Source of the DNA: a virus
Taxonomy: Duplodnaviria; Caudoviricetes
Length of the DNA: 64,000 nucleotides
IMG/VR virus record: IMGVR_UViG_2806310948_000001
Coordinates: 8,187 to 72,186 of that record
Strand: one strand, 5' to 3'
The notes beneath the pieces were generated by a model. That model was not told the origin of the DNA and ran no database searches. It saw only the letters and a list, made by a program, of their open reading frames with translations. Position 1 is the first letter of the stretch; every line of letters starts with the position of its first letter. Made by a program: the position numbers and the translations under genes. Of the stretch, positions 18,986-28,851 are shown piece after piece.

Positions 18986-19014
18986 TTGACTTAATAACGA
19001 AAATGGTGTATGAT
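18986..19014 (+). promoter_or_regulatory. Sigma70-type promoter TTGACT-N17-TATGAT
   Basis: Hexamers at 18986-18991 and 19009-19014. Confidence 0.55.
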
Positions 19015-19043
19015 AATCGGGTAAAATTTTATCATGAGCCATG

Positions 19044-19074
19044 AGCCATCAGAGTGAAATCTGGTGGCTTTTTT
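19044..19074 (+). terminator. Intrinsic terminator-like hairpin
   Basis: AGCCATCAGA-gtgaaa-TCTGGTGGCT followed by a T run. Confidence 0.7.
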
Positions 19075-19149
19075 AATGTAAACCTTTGGACGGGAGGGAT
19101 ATAAATGTAAAGGTAAAATGCTCCTTTAGAAAAATAAAGGAGATTATAC

Positions 19150-20529
19150 ATGAATGGAATAATCATACTGTTTGTTTATGCAGTAATCATGATACTGGCG
19201 ACAGTGACCATGACTAAAAAAGAAAAAAATGTAGTAAATTTTTGTGTTGGAAGCCGGTCTGAGAACTGGATCCTGTCCGCACTGAGTATTGCGGCGACGT
19301 GGATCTGGGCGCCGGCTTTGTTTGTTTCAACAGAAAAAGCATATTCGGCCGGATGGATTGGGCTTTTCTGGTTCTTAGTGCCAAATGCTTTATGCTTGGT
19401 GATATTTATTCCGTTTGCAAAGAGAATCCGGAAAGAAATGCCAGAGGGAATGACGCTTTCAGGTTACATGAAAGAGAAATACAGTTCTGATGGGGTAAAA
19501 AGAGTTTATCTTTTTCAGCTGATCGGACTGTCCATGCTGTCAACAGGTGTTCAGCTTCTTGCAGGAAGCCAGATCCTGAGTGCAGTTACAGGAATTTCAT
19601 TTAGAACCATGACGATCCTACTTGCCATTATTGCAATTTCGTACTCTTTGTTTTCTGGAATCAAAGCATCCATGCTGACCGATGCAATTCAAATGGTATT
19701 CATGCTTATAGCTTGTAGCCTATTTGTTATATTTGGATTGCGAAACACGGGCGCAGAGAGCATTTTACAGGGCATTAACGGCATATCTGGAGACTATGCA
19801 AAGCTATTCAGTGGAAAAGGAATGGAGATATTTCTTTCGTTTGGACTTCCGACAACTATCGGACTTATATCGGGACCATTTGGTGATCAGAGTTTCTGGC
19901 AGAGAGCCTTTGCCGTGAAGAAAGAGAAGCTGGGAAGAGCGTTTCTTCTTGGAGCGGTTCTTTTTGCGGTGGTTCCGCTGTCAATGGGAATCCTCGGACT
20001 AATGGGAGCAGGTACAGGATATCAAGCACAGGACCTTGGAACCATTAATTTCGAGCTAATCCGGCATTTCTTTCCATCATGGGCGGTACTTCCATTTCTT
20101 TTTATGATTATTTCCGGATTGCTTTCTACGGTGGATAGTAATCTATGCGCTGTTTCTTCACTGACGACAGATCTGTCAGGCGGAAAGGATATCAGAAAAA
20201 CCAGAACAGCAATGGTAGTTTTACTGGCAGCAGGAATCCTGATTGCAAATATACCGGGAATAACAGTTACGCACCTGTTTCTGTTCTATGGGACATTGAG
20301 AGCATCCACACTGTTACCAACAGTACTGACACTGAAAGGAGTTCGCCTGACATCTGGAGGAATAATCGCAGGAGTGATTACTTCATTGGCAGTAGGGCTT
20401 CCTGTATTCGCCTACGGCAGCATCCTGAACAGTGGACCATATAAAACAATGGGAAGCCTCTTAACTGTCTTGTTAAGCGGTTTAGTGACCCTGATAGCAA
20501 CCAGAACGGAGGCAGGACATGCTCGGTAG
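19150..20529 (+). CDS. Sodium:solute symporter (SSS) family transporter
   Basis: 459 aa, highly hydrophobic multi-pass; SIAATWIWA, SGIKASMLTDAIQ, DQSFWQRAFA, SGLLSTVDS. Confidence 0.85.
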   Translation: MNGIIILFVYAVIMILATVTMTKKEKNVVNFCVGSRSENWILSALSIAATWIWAPALFVSTEKAYSAGWIGLFWFLVPNALCLVIFIPFAKRIRKEMPEGMTLSGYMKEKYSSDGVKRVYLFQLIGLSMLSTGVQLLAGSQILSAVTGISFRTMTILLAIIAISYSLFSGIKASMLTDAIQMVFMLIACSLFVIFGLRNTGAESILQGINGISGDYAKLFSGKGMEIFLSFGLPTTIGLISGPFGDQSFWQRAFAVKKEKLGRAFLLGAVLFAVVPLSMGILGLMGAGTGYQAQDLGTINFELIRHFFPSWAVLPFLFMIISGLLSTVDSNLCAVSSLTTDLSGGKDIRKTRTAMVVLLAAGILIANIPGITVTHLFLFYGTLRASTLLPTVLTLKGVRLTSGGIIAGVITSLAVGLPVFAYGSILNSGPYKTMGSLLTVLLSGLVTLIATRTEAGHAR

Positions 20530-21295
20530 AAAACAGTCGATTCGAAATGAACAGCAATGGCAGGAAGCTATTGATCATATCGAAGAGACTGTATCGAAAA
20601 AAGAATTGGACCAGCTGATAAAAGTGACGGTCAAAACTATCAAAGAAAAATGTAAGGGTAAGAAAGTTGCTTACGCATGGAGCGCGGGCAAAGATTCGCT
20701 TGTGCTTGGAGAGATATGTGAAAGAGCGGGCATTGATCAGAGCGTTCTGGTGAGATGCAATCTGGAATATCCGGCATTTATCGAATGGATTGATCAGAAC
20801 AAACCTTCAGGATTGGAAATTATCAATACTGGTCAGGACTTGGAATGGCTCAGAAAGCATCCAGACATGCTGTTCCCGGATAAAAGCAACAAAGCGGCAC
20901 AGTGGTTCCATATCGTACAGCACAGGGGACAAGCACGATATTATAAAGAGCATCAGTTAGAAATACTCCTGCTCGGACGCAGAAAGGCAGACGGCAATTA
21001 TGTTGGAAAAGATAATATCTACACTAATTCAGCCGGAATCACCAGATACAGCCCTCTTGCAGAGTGGAGGCACGAAGATATCCTTGCATACATTCACTAT
21101 TATGACGTAAAGCTCCCGCCCATATATGACTGGGAGAAAGGATATTTATGCGGTACACATCCATGGCCTGCCAGACAGTACATGGAGACAGAACAGCAGG
21201 GATGGAAAGAAGTTTACGACATTGATAAGACCATAGTTGAAAATGCGGCACAGCATTTCGATGGAGCCAGAGAATTTTTAAAAGCTATCAAATAG
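20519..21295 (+). CDS. PAPS-reductase-family (PP-loop) protein
   Basis: AYAWSAGKDS PP-loop; LGRRKADG; SPLAEWRHEDILAYI. Confidence 0.8.
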   Translation: MLGRKQSIRNEQQWQEAIDHIEETVSKKELDQLIKVTVKTIKEKCKGKKVAYAWSAGKDSLVLGEICERAGIDQSVLVRCNLEYPAFIEWIDQNKPSGLEIINTGQDLEWLRKHPDMLFPDKSNKAAQWFHIVQHRGQARYYKEHQLEILLLGRRKADGNYVGKDNIYTNSAGITRYSPLAEWRHEDILAYIHYYDVKLPPIYDWEKGYLCGTHPWPARQYMETEQQGWKEVYDIDKTIVENAAQHFDGAREFLKAIK

Positions 21296-21344
21296 CCGGT
21301 TGCAGCCGGAAGCCATTGCCCTTCAGAAATGGAGGACAAGCAAG

Positions 21345-21998
21345 ATGAAAGTAACAATCAAAAAATTGAGTGTTCTGAAGCATCCTGAGAAAAATGTCAG
21401 GATTCATTCAGAACAGCAGATCAGGGAACTGAAGAGATCACTTGAAAAGTTTGGTCAGACACGAGCACTGGTCATTGATGAAAACAATATCATTCTGATT
21501 GGTAACGGTTTGTATGAAGCTATGGTGAGTCTTGGCTATCAGGAAGCAACTGTATATGTAAAAGCAGGGCTTTCTGAGAACGATAAAAAGAAACTCATGA
21601 TAGCTGATAATAAGACCTATGCTCTTGGAATCGACAATCTGGAAACCCTGAATGAGTTCCTTGAGGAACTGCAGGGGGATCTGGATATCCCTGGATATGA
21701 TGAAGAAATTTTACAGCAGATGGTCGCTGATGCGGATGAAGTTACCGAAAAACTCTCTGAGTATGGAACTTTAGATGATTCCGAAATCCAGAAGATTAAA
21801 GAAGCAAATGAAAAGAGAGAACAGAAAGCCGCAGTGGATACACAATCAGCTGATAATGGAGAGAGTAGCCCGGAAAAGCCGAACCCGCAGAACGAACAGC
21901 CAGCAGAAGAGCAGAATGCCACTGAAACCGAACCAGAGATCACAGAGACCAGAAGGTTTGTTGTCTGCCCTAAATGCGGTGAGAGAATATGGCTGTAA
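21345..21998 (+). CDS. ParB/sulfiredoxin-like protein with acidic linker and C-terminal Zn knuckle
   Basis: HPEKNVRIH...SLEKFGQ...IGNGLYEA...IADNK; terminal CPKCG. Confidence 0.8.
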   Translation: MKVTIKKLSVLKHPEKNVRIHSEQQIRELKRSLEKFGQTRALVIDENNIILIGNGLYEAMVSLGYQEATVYVKAGLSENDKKKLMIADNKTYALGIDNLETLNEFLEELQGDLDIPGYDEEILQQMVADADEVTEKLSEYGTLDDSEIQKIKEANEKREQKAAVDTQSADNGESSPEKPNPQNEQPAEEQNATETEPEITETRRFVVCPKCGERIWL

Positions 21999-23128
21999 AA
22001 CGCTGCGAATCAAACATTGATGTTGTGAAGGCTGCGGAAATCCGAATAAAAAATGTATTTGGAAATGGTCTGCCAGTGTTCTTTTCTTTCAGTGGGGGAA
22101 AGGACAGCTTGTGCTTGGCACAGTTAATGGTAAACCTAGCCAACCGTGGCGAGATTAACATGAAACAGCTTACCGTGCAATTCATAGATGAAGAAGCAAT
22201 ATTTCCTTGCATGGAAGAAATGACAAAGAAATGGCGCAGAATCTTTATGATGATGGGAGCTAAATTTGAATGGTATTGTGTAGAAGTAAAACATTACAAT
22301 TGCTTTAACGAGCTGTCGAATGACGAGACATTTATTTGCTGGGATTCAACAAAGCAGGATGTGTGGGTACGACAGCCTCCTTCTTTTGCAATAAGGAGTC
22401 ATAAACTGTTAAGACCGAGGATTGATGCTTATCAGGATTTCCTGCCGCGAACTACTGTATCAGGTATTACGATGGTCGGAATCCGTACAGCGGAATCCGT
22501 GCAGCGTCTTCAGAATATTGCGTCTATGACAAAAGCCGGAAACAGAATGACATCCAAGAAGCAGGTATTTCCAATCTACGACTGGACTGATAATGATGTA
22601 TGGCTTTTCTTACTGAGGAACTATGTAGATATCCCGGAGATATATCTGTTTCTCTGGCAGTCAGGATCCAGTAAACGTCAGATGCGGGTATCGCAGTTTT
22701 TTTCTGTTGATACAGCCAGAAGCCTTGTGAAGATGAATGAGTATTATCCAGATCTTATGGAGAGGGTCATTCGGAGAGAGCCGAACGCATATCTGGCCGC
22801 CCTGTACTGGGATAGCGAGATGTTTGGCAGAAGTTCCAGAAAGCGGAAAGAATCTGAACAGGGACAGGAGCAGAAAGATTACAAACAGGAATTGATAAAT
22901 CTGTTTGATCATATGGAAATTTTTGATACTCCGCATAAACGGCATGTAGCAGAGAGATACCGTAATTTCTTTATTGCAGTATCTGCTATTGCAACACCGG
23001 AGGACTGCAAACATATTTACGAGGGTCTGATATCTGGTGATCCTAAGATGCGGACGTTCAGGGCACTGTATCAGAGAATATATGGACGGTATATCAATAA
23101 CGCAAAGAAGGAGAGAAAACATGGATAG
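21989..23128 (+). CDS. IbrA-like PAPS-reductase-family protein
   Basis: FSFSGGKDS PP-loop; FIDEEA; GIRTAESVQR; PIYDWTDNDVW; MRVSQ. Confidence 0.8.
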   Translation: MAVKRCESNIDVVKAAEIRIKNVFGNGLPVFFSFSGGKDSLCLAQLMVNLANRGEINMKQLTVQFIDEEAIFPCMEEMTKKWRRIFMMMGAKFEWYCVEVKHYNCFNELSNDETFICWDSTKQDVWVRQPPSFAIRSHKLLRPRIDAYQDFLPRTTVSGITMVGIRTAESVQRLQNIASMTKAGNRMTSKKQVFPIYDWTDNDVWLFLLRNYVDIPEIYLFLWQSGSSKRQMRVSQFFSVDTARSLVKMNEYYPDLMERVIRREPNAYLAALYWDSEMFGRSSRKRKESEQGQEQKDYKQELINLFDHMEIFDTPHKRHVAERYRNFFIAVSAIATPEDCKHIYEGLISGDPKMRTFRALYQRIYGRYINNAKKERKHG

Positions 23129-23642
23129 TAAGTTAACAGCGCCGCTGTCCACGTTGCGTTGGGTGGACAGAAATTTATTAAAGCCGAATGACTATAACCC
23201 GAACAAAGTTTCGAAAGAGAACTTGAAACTGCTTATTCAGTCTATTCTTACGAACGGATGGACACTTCCGATAGTAGTCCGACCGGATATGACGATCATT
23301 GATGGCTTTCATAGATGGACAGTTGCAGGAATGGAGCCTTTGCTTTCAAAACTGGATGGCAAGGTTCCTATAGTTATTGTGGAGCATAAAGAGCATTCAG
23401 AAGATATTTACGGTACCGTTACTCATAACAGGGCAAGAGGTACGCATTTGTTGGAACCTATGAAGAAAATCGTAAAAGAACTCATGGATGAAGGCAAAAC
23501 TGTAGAAGAAATCGGTAAACAGCTTGGAATGAGACCGGAAGAAATCTTCCGATTGTCTGATTTTTCAAAAGAAGACTTCTTGAAGATGATGACAAAAGGG
23601 GTGACGGGCTATTCAAAAGCTGAATTTATCACAAAAATTTAA
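23121..23642 (+). CDS. IbrB-like ParB-family protein
   Basis: PNDYNPN, GWTLPIVV, IIDGFHRW, TVTHNRARG. Confidence 0.85.
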   Translation: MDSKLTAPLSTLRWVDRNLLKPNDYNPNKVSKENLKLLIQSILTNGWTLPIVVRPDMTIIDGFHRWTVAGMEPLLSKLDGKVPIVIVEHKEHSEDIYGTVTHNRARGTHLLEPMKKIVKELMDEGKTVEEIGKQLGMRPEEIFRLSDFSKEDFLKMMTKGVTGYSKAEFITKI

Positions 23643-23741
23643 CGATGTTCTATTGCACATAGAACAAAAAGCGGGGAGAGGGAGTACAACCTCTCCCTTT
23701 TGCATATGCCGAAATAAGATGATGGAAGGGAGGGGTGTCCA

Positions 23742-24542
23742 TTGGCAAGGGCAAGAAGTCCCAACAGCATTGAAGCTGAGGAAATGTATAAGAGAGGGAT
23801 GAAACTTGTTGACATTGCCAAGAAGTTGGATGTTCCTGCCAGTACAGTTCGACGCTGGAAATCAACCCAGAATTGGGATGGAGATACAAAAAAGAAAAAA
23901 AGCGAACGCTCGCCAAAGAAAAAAGCGAACGCTCGGCATAAAGGCGGACAGCTTGGAAACAAAAATGCTGTAGGAAACAAAGGCGGTCCCCTAAAGCCGG
24001 GAGATAAGATCGCAGAGAAACACGGGGCGTATTCTTCTGTCTATTGGGACGTCCTTGATGAGTCTGAAAAAGATATGATCGAAGATATCCCGATGGATGA
24101 AGAAATGCTCCTGATCGAACAGATTCAGCTCTTTGCCGTGAGGGAAAGACGAATCATGGCGGCAATCAATAAATACCGGAATATGAATGGAGAAGTATCT
24201 TTGTTCGGCTTCACCAGAACTGAAGACAAGCGAGCTTTCAAATCGGATGAAGATAAACAGCTCTATGAAGAACGCATTGAAGAAAAGGTTGCTTCTGGAG
24301 ATCGTCTTCCGGGTAACACATATAACATGATGACAAATATGGAAAACAAGGATAATATGATCGCCAGACTTGAAAAAGAGCTGTCAACTGTGCAGTCGAA
24401 GAAGACCAAAGCCATTGAGGCACTTGCGAAGCTGAGACTGGAGAAGCAGAAGATTGCCGGAGAAAGCAAGGGCAATGAGGTTGTTCGTGCATGGGCTGAA
24501 GCTGTAGTGAAAGCAAGGAGGGAAGAGAAACATGATGGATGA
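23742..24542 (+). CDS. Terminase small subunit
   Basis: N-terminal HTH, GGQLGNKNAVGN, KHGAYS; directly upstream of TerL. Confidence 0.85.
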   Translation: MARARSPNSIEAEEMYKRGMKLVDIAKKLDVPASTVRRWKSTQNWDGDTKKKKSERSPKKKANARHKGGQLGNKNAVGNKGGPLKPGDKIAEKHGAYSSVYWDVLDESEKDMIEDIPMDEEMLLIEQIQLFAVRERRIMAAINKYRNMNGEVSLFGFTRTEDKRAFKSDEDKQLYEERIEEKVASGDRLPGNTYNMMTNMENKDNMIARLEKELSTVQSKKTKAIEALAKLRLEKQKIAGESKGNEVVRAWAEAVVKARREEKHDG

Positions 24543-26001
24543 TACGGCGTTCTCTGAGTTCCTTGACGAAAGCATTCCCTTGTGGCGTGATGATCCAGTC
24601 ATGTTTTTTCGGGAAGTTCTGAATTTCGAACCAGATGAATGGCAGGCACAAGCAGCTAGAGACTTGGCTGCAAACCCAAAGGTAAGCATTAAATCCGGAC
24701 AGGGTGTTGGAAAGACTGGTCTTGAGGCAGCGGTGTTCCTGTGGTTCGTTACCTGTTTTCCGCACCCAAGAATCGTTGCGACAGCACCAACCAAACAGCA
24801 GTTGCACGATGTCCTCTGGTCTGAGATTTCCAAGTGGATGAGCAAGTCCGAACTGCTCTCTATACTTCTAAAATGGACAAAGACATATGTTTATATGGTT
24901 GGAGAGGAAAAGCGTTGGTTTGGTGTTGCCAGGACTGCTACAAAGCCAGAGAATATGCAAGGTTTCCATGAAGATAACATGCTTTTTATCGTTGATGAAG
25001 CTTCCGGTGTTGCGGATCCAATCATGGAGGCTATCCTTGGTACCTTATCTGGAGCAAACAATAAACTTCTTCTGTGCGGAAACCCAACGAAGACATCTGG
25101 AACCTTTTATGATTCCCATACAAGAGACAGGGCATTGTACAAATGCCATACGGTTTCTTCTATGGACAGCACCAGAACAAATAAAGAGAACATAGATTCT
25201 CTTGTTCGAAAATACGGATGGGATTCTAACGTGGTCCGTGTTCGTGTCAGGGGCGAGTTCCCGAACCAGGAGGACGACGTATTTATTCCGCTGAGCATTA
25301 TTGAACAATGTAGCAGCAGGCTTTTAGAACTGGATGATACAGATGGAATGCAGTTTGTATCATTGGGGGTGGATGTGGCCCGTTTCGGAGATGATGAAAC
25401 GATCATATATCGTAATTATCATGGTCATTGCAAAATAGTCCGGAACAGGCGAGGACAGAACCTGATGGCCACTGTAGGGGATATCGTACAGGAATTCAAG
25501 AAGATATACAGAGAACATCTAGCGTATGAAGGCAAGGTATATGTGCAGATTGATGATACAGGACTTGGAGGAGGCGTCACTGACCGACTAAAGGAAGTCC
25601 GGAAAGAACAAAAGCTGTACAAGATGCAAGTTATCCCGATAAATGCCGCTGAAAAGATTGAGACTGATACGGCAGCAGGTAAAGACGCAGCTGAAAGGTA
25701 CAATAACCTGACTACCGCTATGTGGGCCAGTATGCGAGATCTCCTTGATAACAAACAGATTGTTATTGAAGACGATGAGCAGACAATTGGTCAGCTTTCT
25801 TCCAGAAAATACACCATGGCCAGTAATGGAAAGCTTGAGATTGAACCAAAAAAGGAAATGAAGAAAAGAGGACTTGATTCTCCTGACCGGGCAGATGCTC
25901 TTGCGTTGGCATTATATCTCGGAAAGATTAAGAAGCATACCGGTAGTGCACCAAGTGTTGGCACGATGAAGAAATTGTCAAAAGATAATTATTGGGGCTG
26001 A
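24532..26001 (+). CDS. Terminase large subunit
   Basis: SGQGVGKT Walker A, IVDEASG Walker B, GVDVARFGDD and SPDRADAL nuclease motifs. Confidence 0.95.
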   Translation: MMDDTAFSEFLDESIPLWRDDPVMFFREVLNFEPDEWQAQAARDLAANPKVSIKSGQGVGKTGLEAAVFLWFVTCFPHPRIVATAPTKQQLHDVLWSEISKWMSKSELLSILLKWTKTYVYMVGEEKRWFGVARTATKPENMQGFHEDNMLFIVDEASGVADPIMEAILGTLSGANNKLLLCGNPTKTSGTFYDSHTRDRALYKCHTVSSMDSTRTNKENIDSLVRKYGWDSNVVRVRVRGEFPNQEDDVFIPLSIIEQCSSRLLELDDTDGMQFVSLGVDVARFGDDETIIYRNYHGHCKIVRNRRGQNLMATVGDIVQEFKKIYREHLAYEGKVYVQIDDTGLGGGVTDRLKEVRKEQKLYKMQVIPINAAEKIETDTAAGKDAAERYNNLTTAMWASMRDLLDNKQIVIEDDEQTIGQLSSRKYTMASNGKLEIEPKKEMKKRGLDSPDRADALALALYLGKIKKHTGSAPSVGTMKKLSKDNYWG

Positions 26002-26018
26002 TATAGCCAGAAAGAGAG

Positions 26019-27395
26019 GTGATGAAGATGAAAGAGTATGGACGGATTGGACAGAAACGCTGGGAAGGCGTGTTTAATGAAGAGTTTCTTCCTGAGCTGT
26101 CTGGAATAAGAGGCATAAAGACATATCGTGAAATGTTGGATAATGACGATACGATTGGAGCGATAATGTTTGCTATTAAGATGCTGATTCGCCAGGTTAA
26201 ATGGCATGTTGAGCCGGGTGGCGATAGTGCAAAGGATCGAGAGGCAGCAGAATTTGTAGAATCGTGTATGGACGATATGCAGAATACATGGACTGACACC
26301 ATCTCAGAGATTTTATCATTCCTCGCATATGGTTGGAGCTTCCATGAAATTGTCTACAAGCGCAGGATGGGAAAAACAAAAAATCGAAAAACATCAAGTA
26401 AATATTCGGATGGACTGATTGGATGGCAGAAGATTCCGCCCAGAGCGCAGGATACGTTGTACAGATGGGAATATGACGATAAAGACAACTTGATCGGAAT
26501 GACTCAGCAACCTCCGCCGGATTATGGATTGCTTACCATCCCGATCAGCAAAGCAATGTTGTTCAGAACAGAGAGCATAAAAGACAATCCTGAGGGACGA
26601 AGCATTCTGAGAAACGCCTATCGGTCATGGTACTTCAAGCGCCGCATACAGGAAATCGAGGCAATTGGAATCGAAAGAGACCTTGCCGGACTTCCGGTGT
26701 TGCACGCACCAGATGGTGTAGACATATGGGACGATAAAGACCCTGAGTTGGTATCTATTAATGCAGCACTTACATCCATGGTCAAGAACATCCGCAGAAA
26801 CGAATATGAAGGGCTTGTTCTTCCAGCTGGATATGAAGCTGAACTCCTGAGCACTGGTGGAACCAGACAGTTTGACACGAATGCCATTATCAACAGATAT
26901 GATGCAAAGATCGCGCAGACTGTTATGGCGGATTTCATCATGCTGGGGCATGAGCAGACAGGAAGCTTTGCGCTGAGTGAAGATAAAACAGAACTGTTCG
27001 CAGTTGCTCTTGGGGCGTTCTTGGATGTCATATGTGAAACATTCAATAATCAGGGCATTCCATCCCTGATCGATATGAATGGCGCTCATTTTGATGCAAT
27101 AACAGATTATCCACAGCTTGCACATGGCGATGTGGACAAGAGAGATATCACGAAGCTGTCTACATTCCTGAAAGACATGGTTGGAGTTGGAATCCTTATC
27201 CCAGATGAAGACCTTGAGGATTATGTAAGAGAAGTTGCCAACCTGCCGGAGAGAACGCTGTCAGATGATCCTAGAAATAAGGATGAACAGCGGGAAGCAC
27301 AGAGAAGGTCGCCGGAAAAAGAAGGCAAAACATCAGAAGTTGAGCCTGAGGAAAATCAGGAAATCGAAGAAGCGAAGAAACGGTTAGGCAGGTGA
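26019..27395 (+). CDS. Portal protein (DUF935/Mu gp29-like)
   Basis: Follows TerL; NPEGRSILRNAY..WYFK; GSFALSE. Confidence 0.85.
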   Translation: MMKMKEYGRIGQKRWEGVFNEEFLPELSGIRGIKTYREMLDNDDTIGAIMFAIKMLIRQVKWHVEPGGDSAKDREAAEFVESCMDDMQNTWTDTISEILSFLAYGWSFHEIVYKRRMGKTKNRKTSSKYSDGLIGWQKIPPRAQDTLYRWEYDDKDNLIGMTQQPPPDYGLLTIPISKAMLFRTESIKDNPEGRSILRNAYRSWYFKRRIQEIEAIGIERDLAGLPVLHAPDGVDIWDDKDPELVSINAALTSMVKNIRRNEYEGLVLPAGYEAELLSTGGTRQFDTNAIINRYDAKIAQTVMADFIMLGHEQTGSFALSEDKTELFAVALGAFLDVICETFNNQGIPSLIDMNGAHFDAITDYPQLAHGDVDKRDITKLSTFLKDMVGVGILIPDEDLEDYVREVANLPERTLSDDPRNKDEQREAQRRSPEKEGKTSEVEPEENQEIEEAKKRLGR

Positions 27396-27399
27396 ACAT

Positions 27400-28338
27400 A
27401 TGCTGAAGATGCGGGCAAGGTCTCGAATGATTAAAAAAAGCGTAGAATCACAGAAGGTTCTTGAAGCCCTTGATAATTATCTTGAGAGTAACCTGGAAGA
27501 GCCGATGAAATGGCTTGTAAGGTTCTGGAAAGATCAGGCAGCGGTAATGTTATACAAAGACCTTAGAGAAATCGTGATAGGAGAAGCGGATCCACAGAGC
27601 CTGTTCGACCAATGGTTCTCTGATTATTCCGTTTTTCTTTCCTCGAAAATGACAGCATCATGGGAAAGTGCTTATTTTGCAGCATGGAATTCAACAGCTG
27701 AATTTGTTGCTCTGGAAGAAAAGGTTAGTTCAGAAATCTATGTGAGAGATTGGATTATAAATCGAACGGGTAATTTGATTACGAATGTCTGTAGTGATCA
27801 GGTGAATGCAGTCCGCTATTTGATTGCAGAAGCTCAATCATTAGGTATGAGCAGTGATGAAACTGCTCGATATATCCGGCCAACGGTTGGCTTGACGGAG
27901 AGGCAGGCAGCAGCGAATCTGAGGCATTATAACAGTGTGAAGACTCAGTTGAGAGCAGATCATCCACGCATGAAAGAAGAATCTATTGAGAGAAAGGCCA
28001 GAACAGCGGCTGCGAAGTATGCTGAACGACAACAGCGATATAGAGCTGAAACGATTGCCAGGACAGAAATTGCACAGGCATACAATGCGGGAGCAGATGC
28101 TTTCATCAGAGAAGCCATGCGGCATGATTTGATGCCGGAAATGAAGAAAGAATGGTCAACTGCTCTGGATGGGAGAGTGTGCAAAGAGTGCCAAGCTCTT
28201 GAGGGCGTACAGATTAGTATGGATGATAGTTTTGAGACACAGTCAGGAAGAAGGAATGTAACAGTATTATTGCCGCCATTGCATCCTCGGTGCAAATGTG
28301 CGGTCAAATATGTGGAGGCAACATATGAAATCGTTTAA
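27400..28338 (+). CDS. Minor head / head morphogenesis protein (Mu F-like)
   Basis: RAETIARTE, W.T..D.RVC..C, PPLHPRCKC. Confidence 0.85.
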   Translation: MLKMRARSRMIKKSVESQKVLEALDNYLESNLEEPMKWLVRFWKDQAAVMLYKDLREIVIGEADPQSLFDQWFSDYSVFLSSKMTASWESAYFAAWNSTAEFVALEEKVSSEIYVRDWIINRTGNLITNVCSDQVNAVRYLIAEAQSLGMSSDETARYIRPTVGLTERQAAANLRHYNSVKTQLRADHPRMKEESIERKARTAAAKYAERQQRYRAETIARTEIAQAYNAGADAFIREAMRHDLMPEMKKEWSTALDGRVCKECQALEGVQISMDDSFETQSGRRNVTVLLPPLHPRCKCAVKYVEATYEIV

Positions 28339-28801
28339 TGAAATCATGAAGATAAGAGATGAACCGGAATCGAAAGACATACCGGTTGAAAAAAGAAAAT
28401 TTCAGATCAAGAAATCCGATGATGAAAAAATGCAGGCGTTCGGATGGGCCAATATTTCGATTACCGCAGATGGAGAAGTGCTGGAAGACCTGCAGCATGA
28501 CATCATCGAACCAGAGGAACTGGAGCAGGCGGCGTACAAATTTGTTGATCTTTACCGGGAAGGTGGAGAGATGCATATAAGAGGCGGCGTTGCCAGACTG
28601 ATTGAAAGTGCAGTATTTACAAAAGAAAAGATGGAAGCTATGGGTATTCCAGAGGGAACACTTCCAACGGGATGGTGGATCGGTTTTCAGGTAACAGATG
28701 CCGATGTATGGGAAAAGGTTAAAGATGGAACATACTCCATGTTTTCTATAGAGGGAGAAGCAAAGAGAGTAGAAGTGGAAGATGAAGAATCTGATCAATA
28801 G
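28325..28801 (+). CDS. XkdF-like putative head maturation protease
   Basis: GWWIGF...WEKVKDGTYSMFSIEG. Confidence 0.8.
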   Translation: MKSFNEIMKIRDEPESKDIPVEKRKFQIKKSDDEKMQAFGWANISITADGEVLEDLQHDIIEPEELEQAAYKFVDLYREGGEMHIRGGVARLIESAVFTKEKMEAMGIPEGTLPTGWWIGFQVTDADVWEKVKDGTYSMFSIEGEAKRVEVEDEESDQ

Positions 28802-28823
28802 GCACCGGAAACGGTGCTTTTTT
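28802..28823 (+). terminator. Small hairpin with GAAA loop and T run inside late operon
   Basis: GCACCG-GAAA-CGGTGC-TTTTTT. Confidence 0.55.
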
Positions 28824-28851
28824 GATAAATAAAGCGAAAGGAGGGAATAAC

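Noticed and set aside
19015-19149. Riboswitch upstream of the transporter
   Set aside because: Too little sequence between predicted start and terminator for a known aptamer; no recognisable consensus
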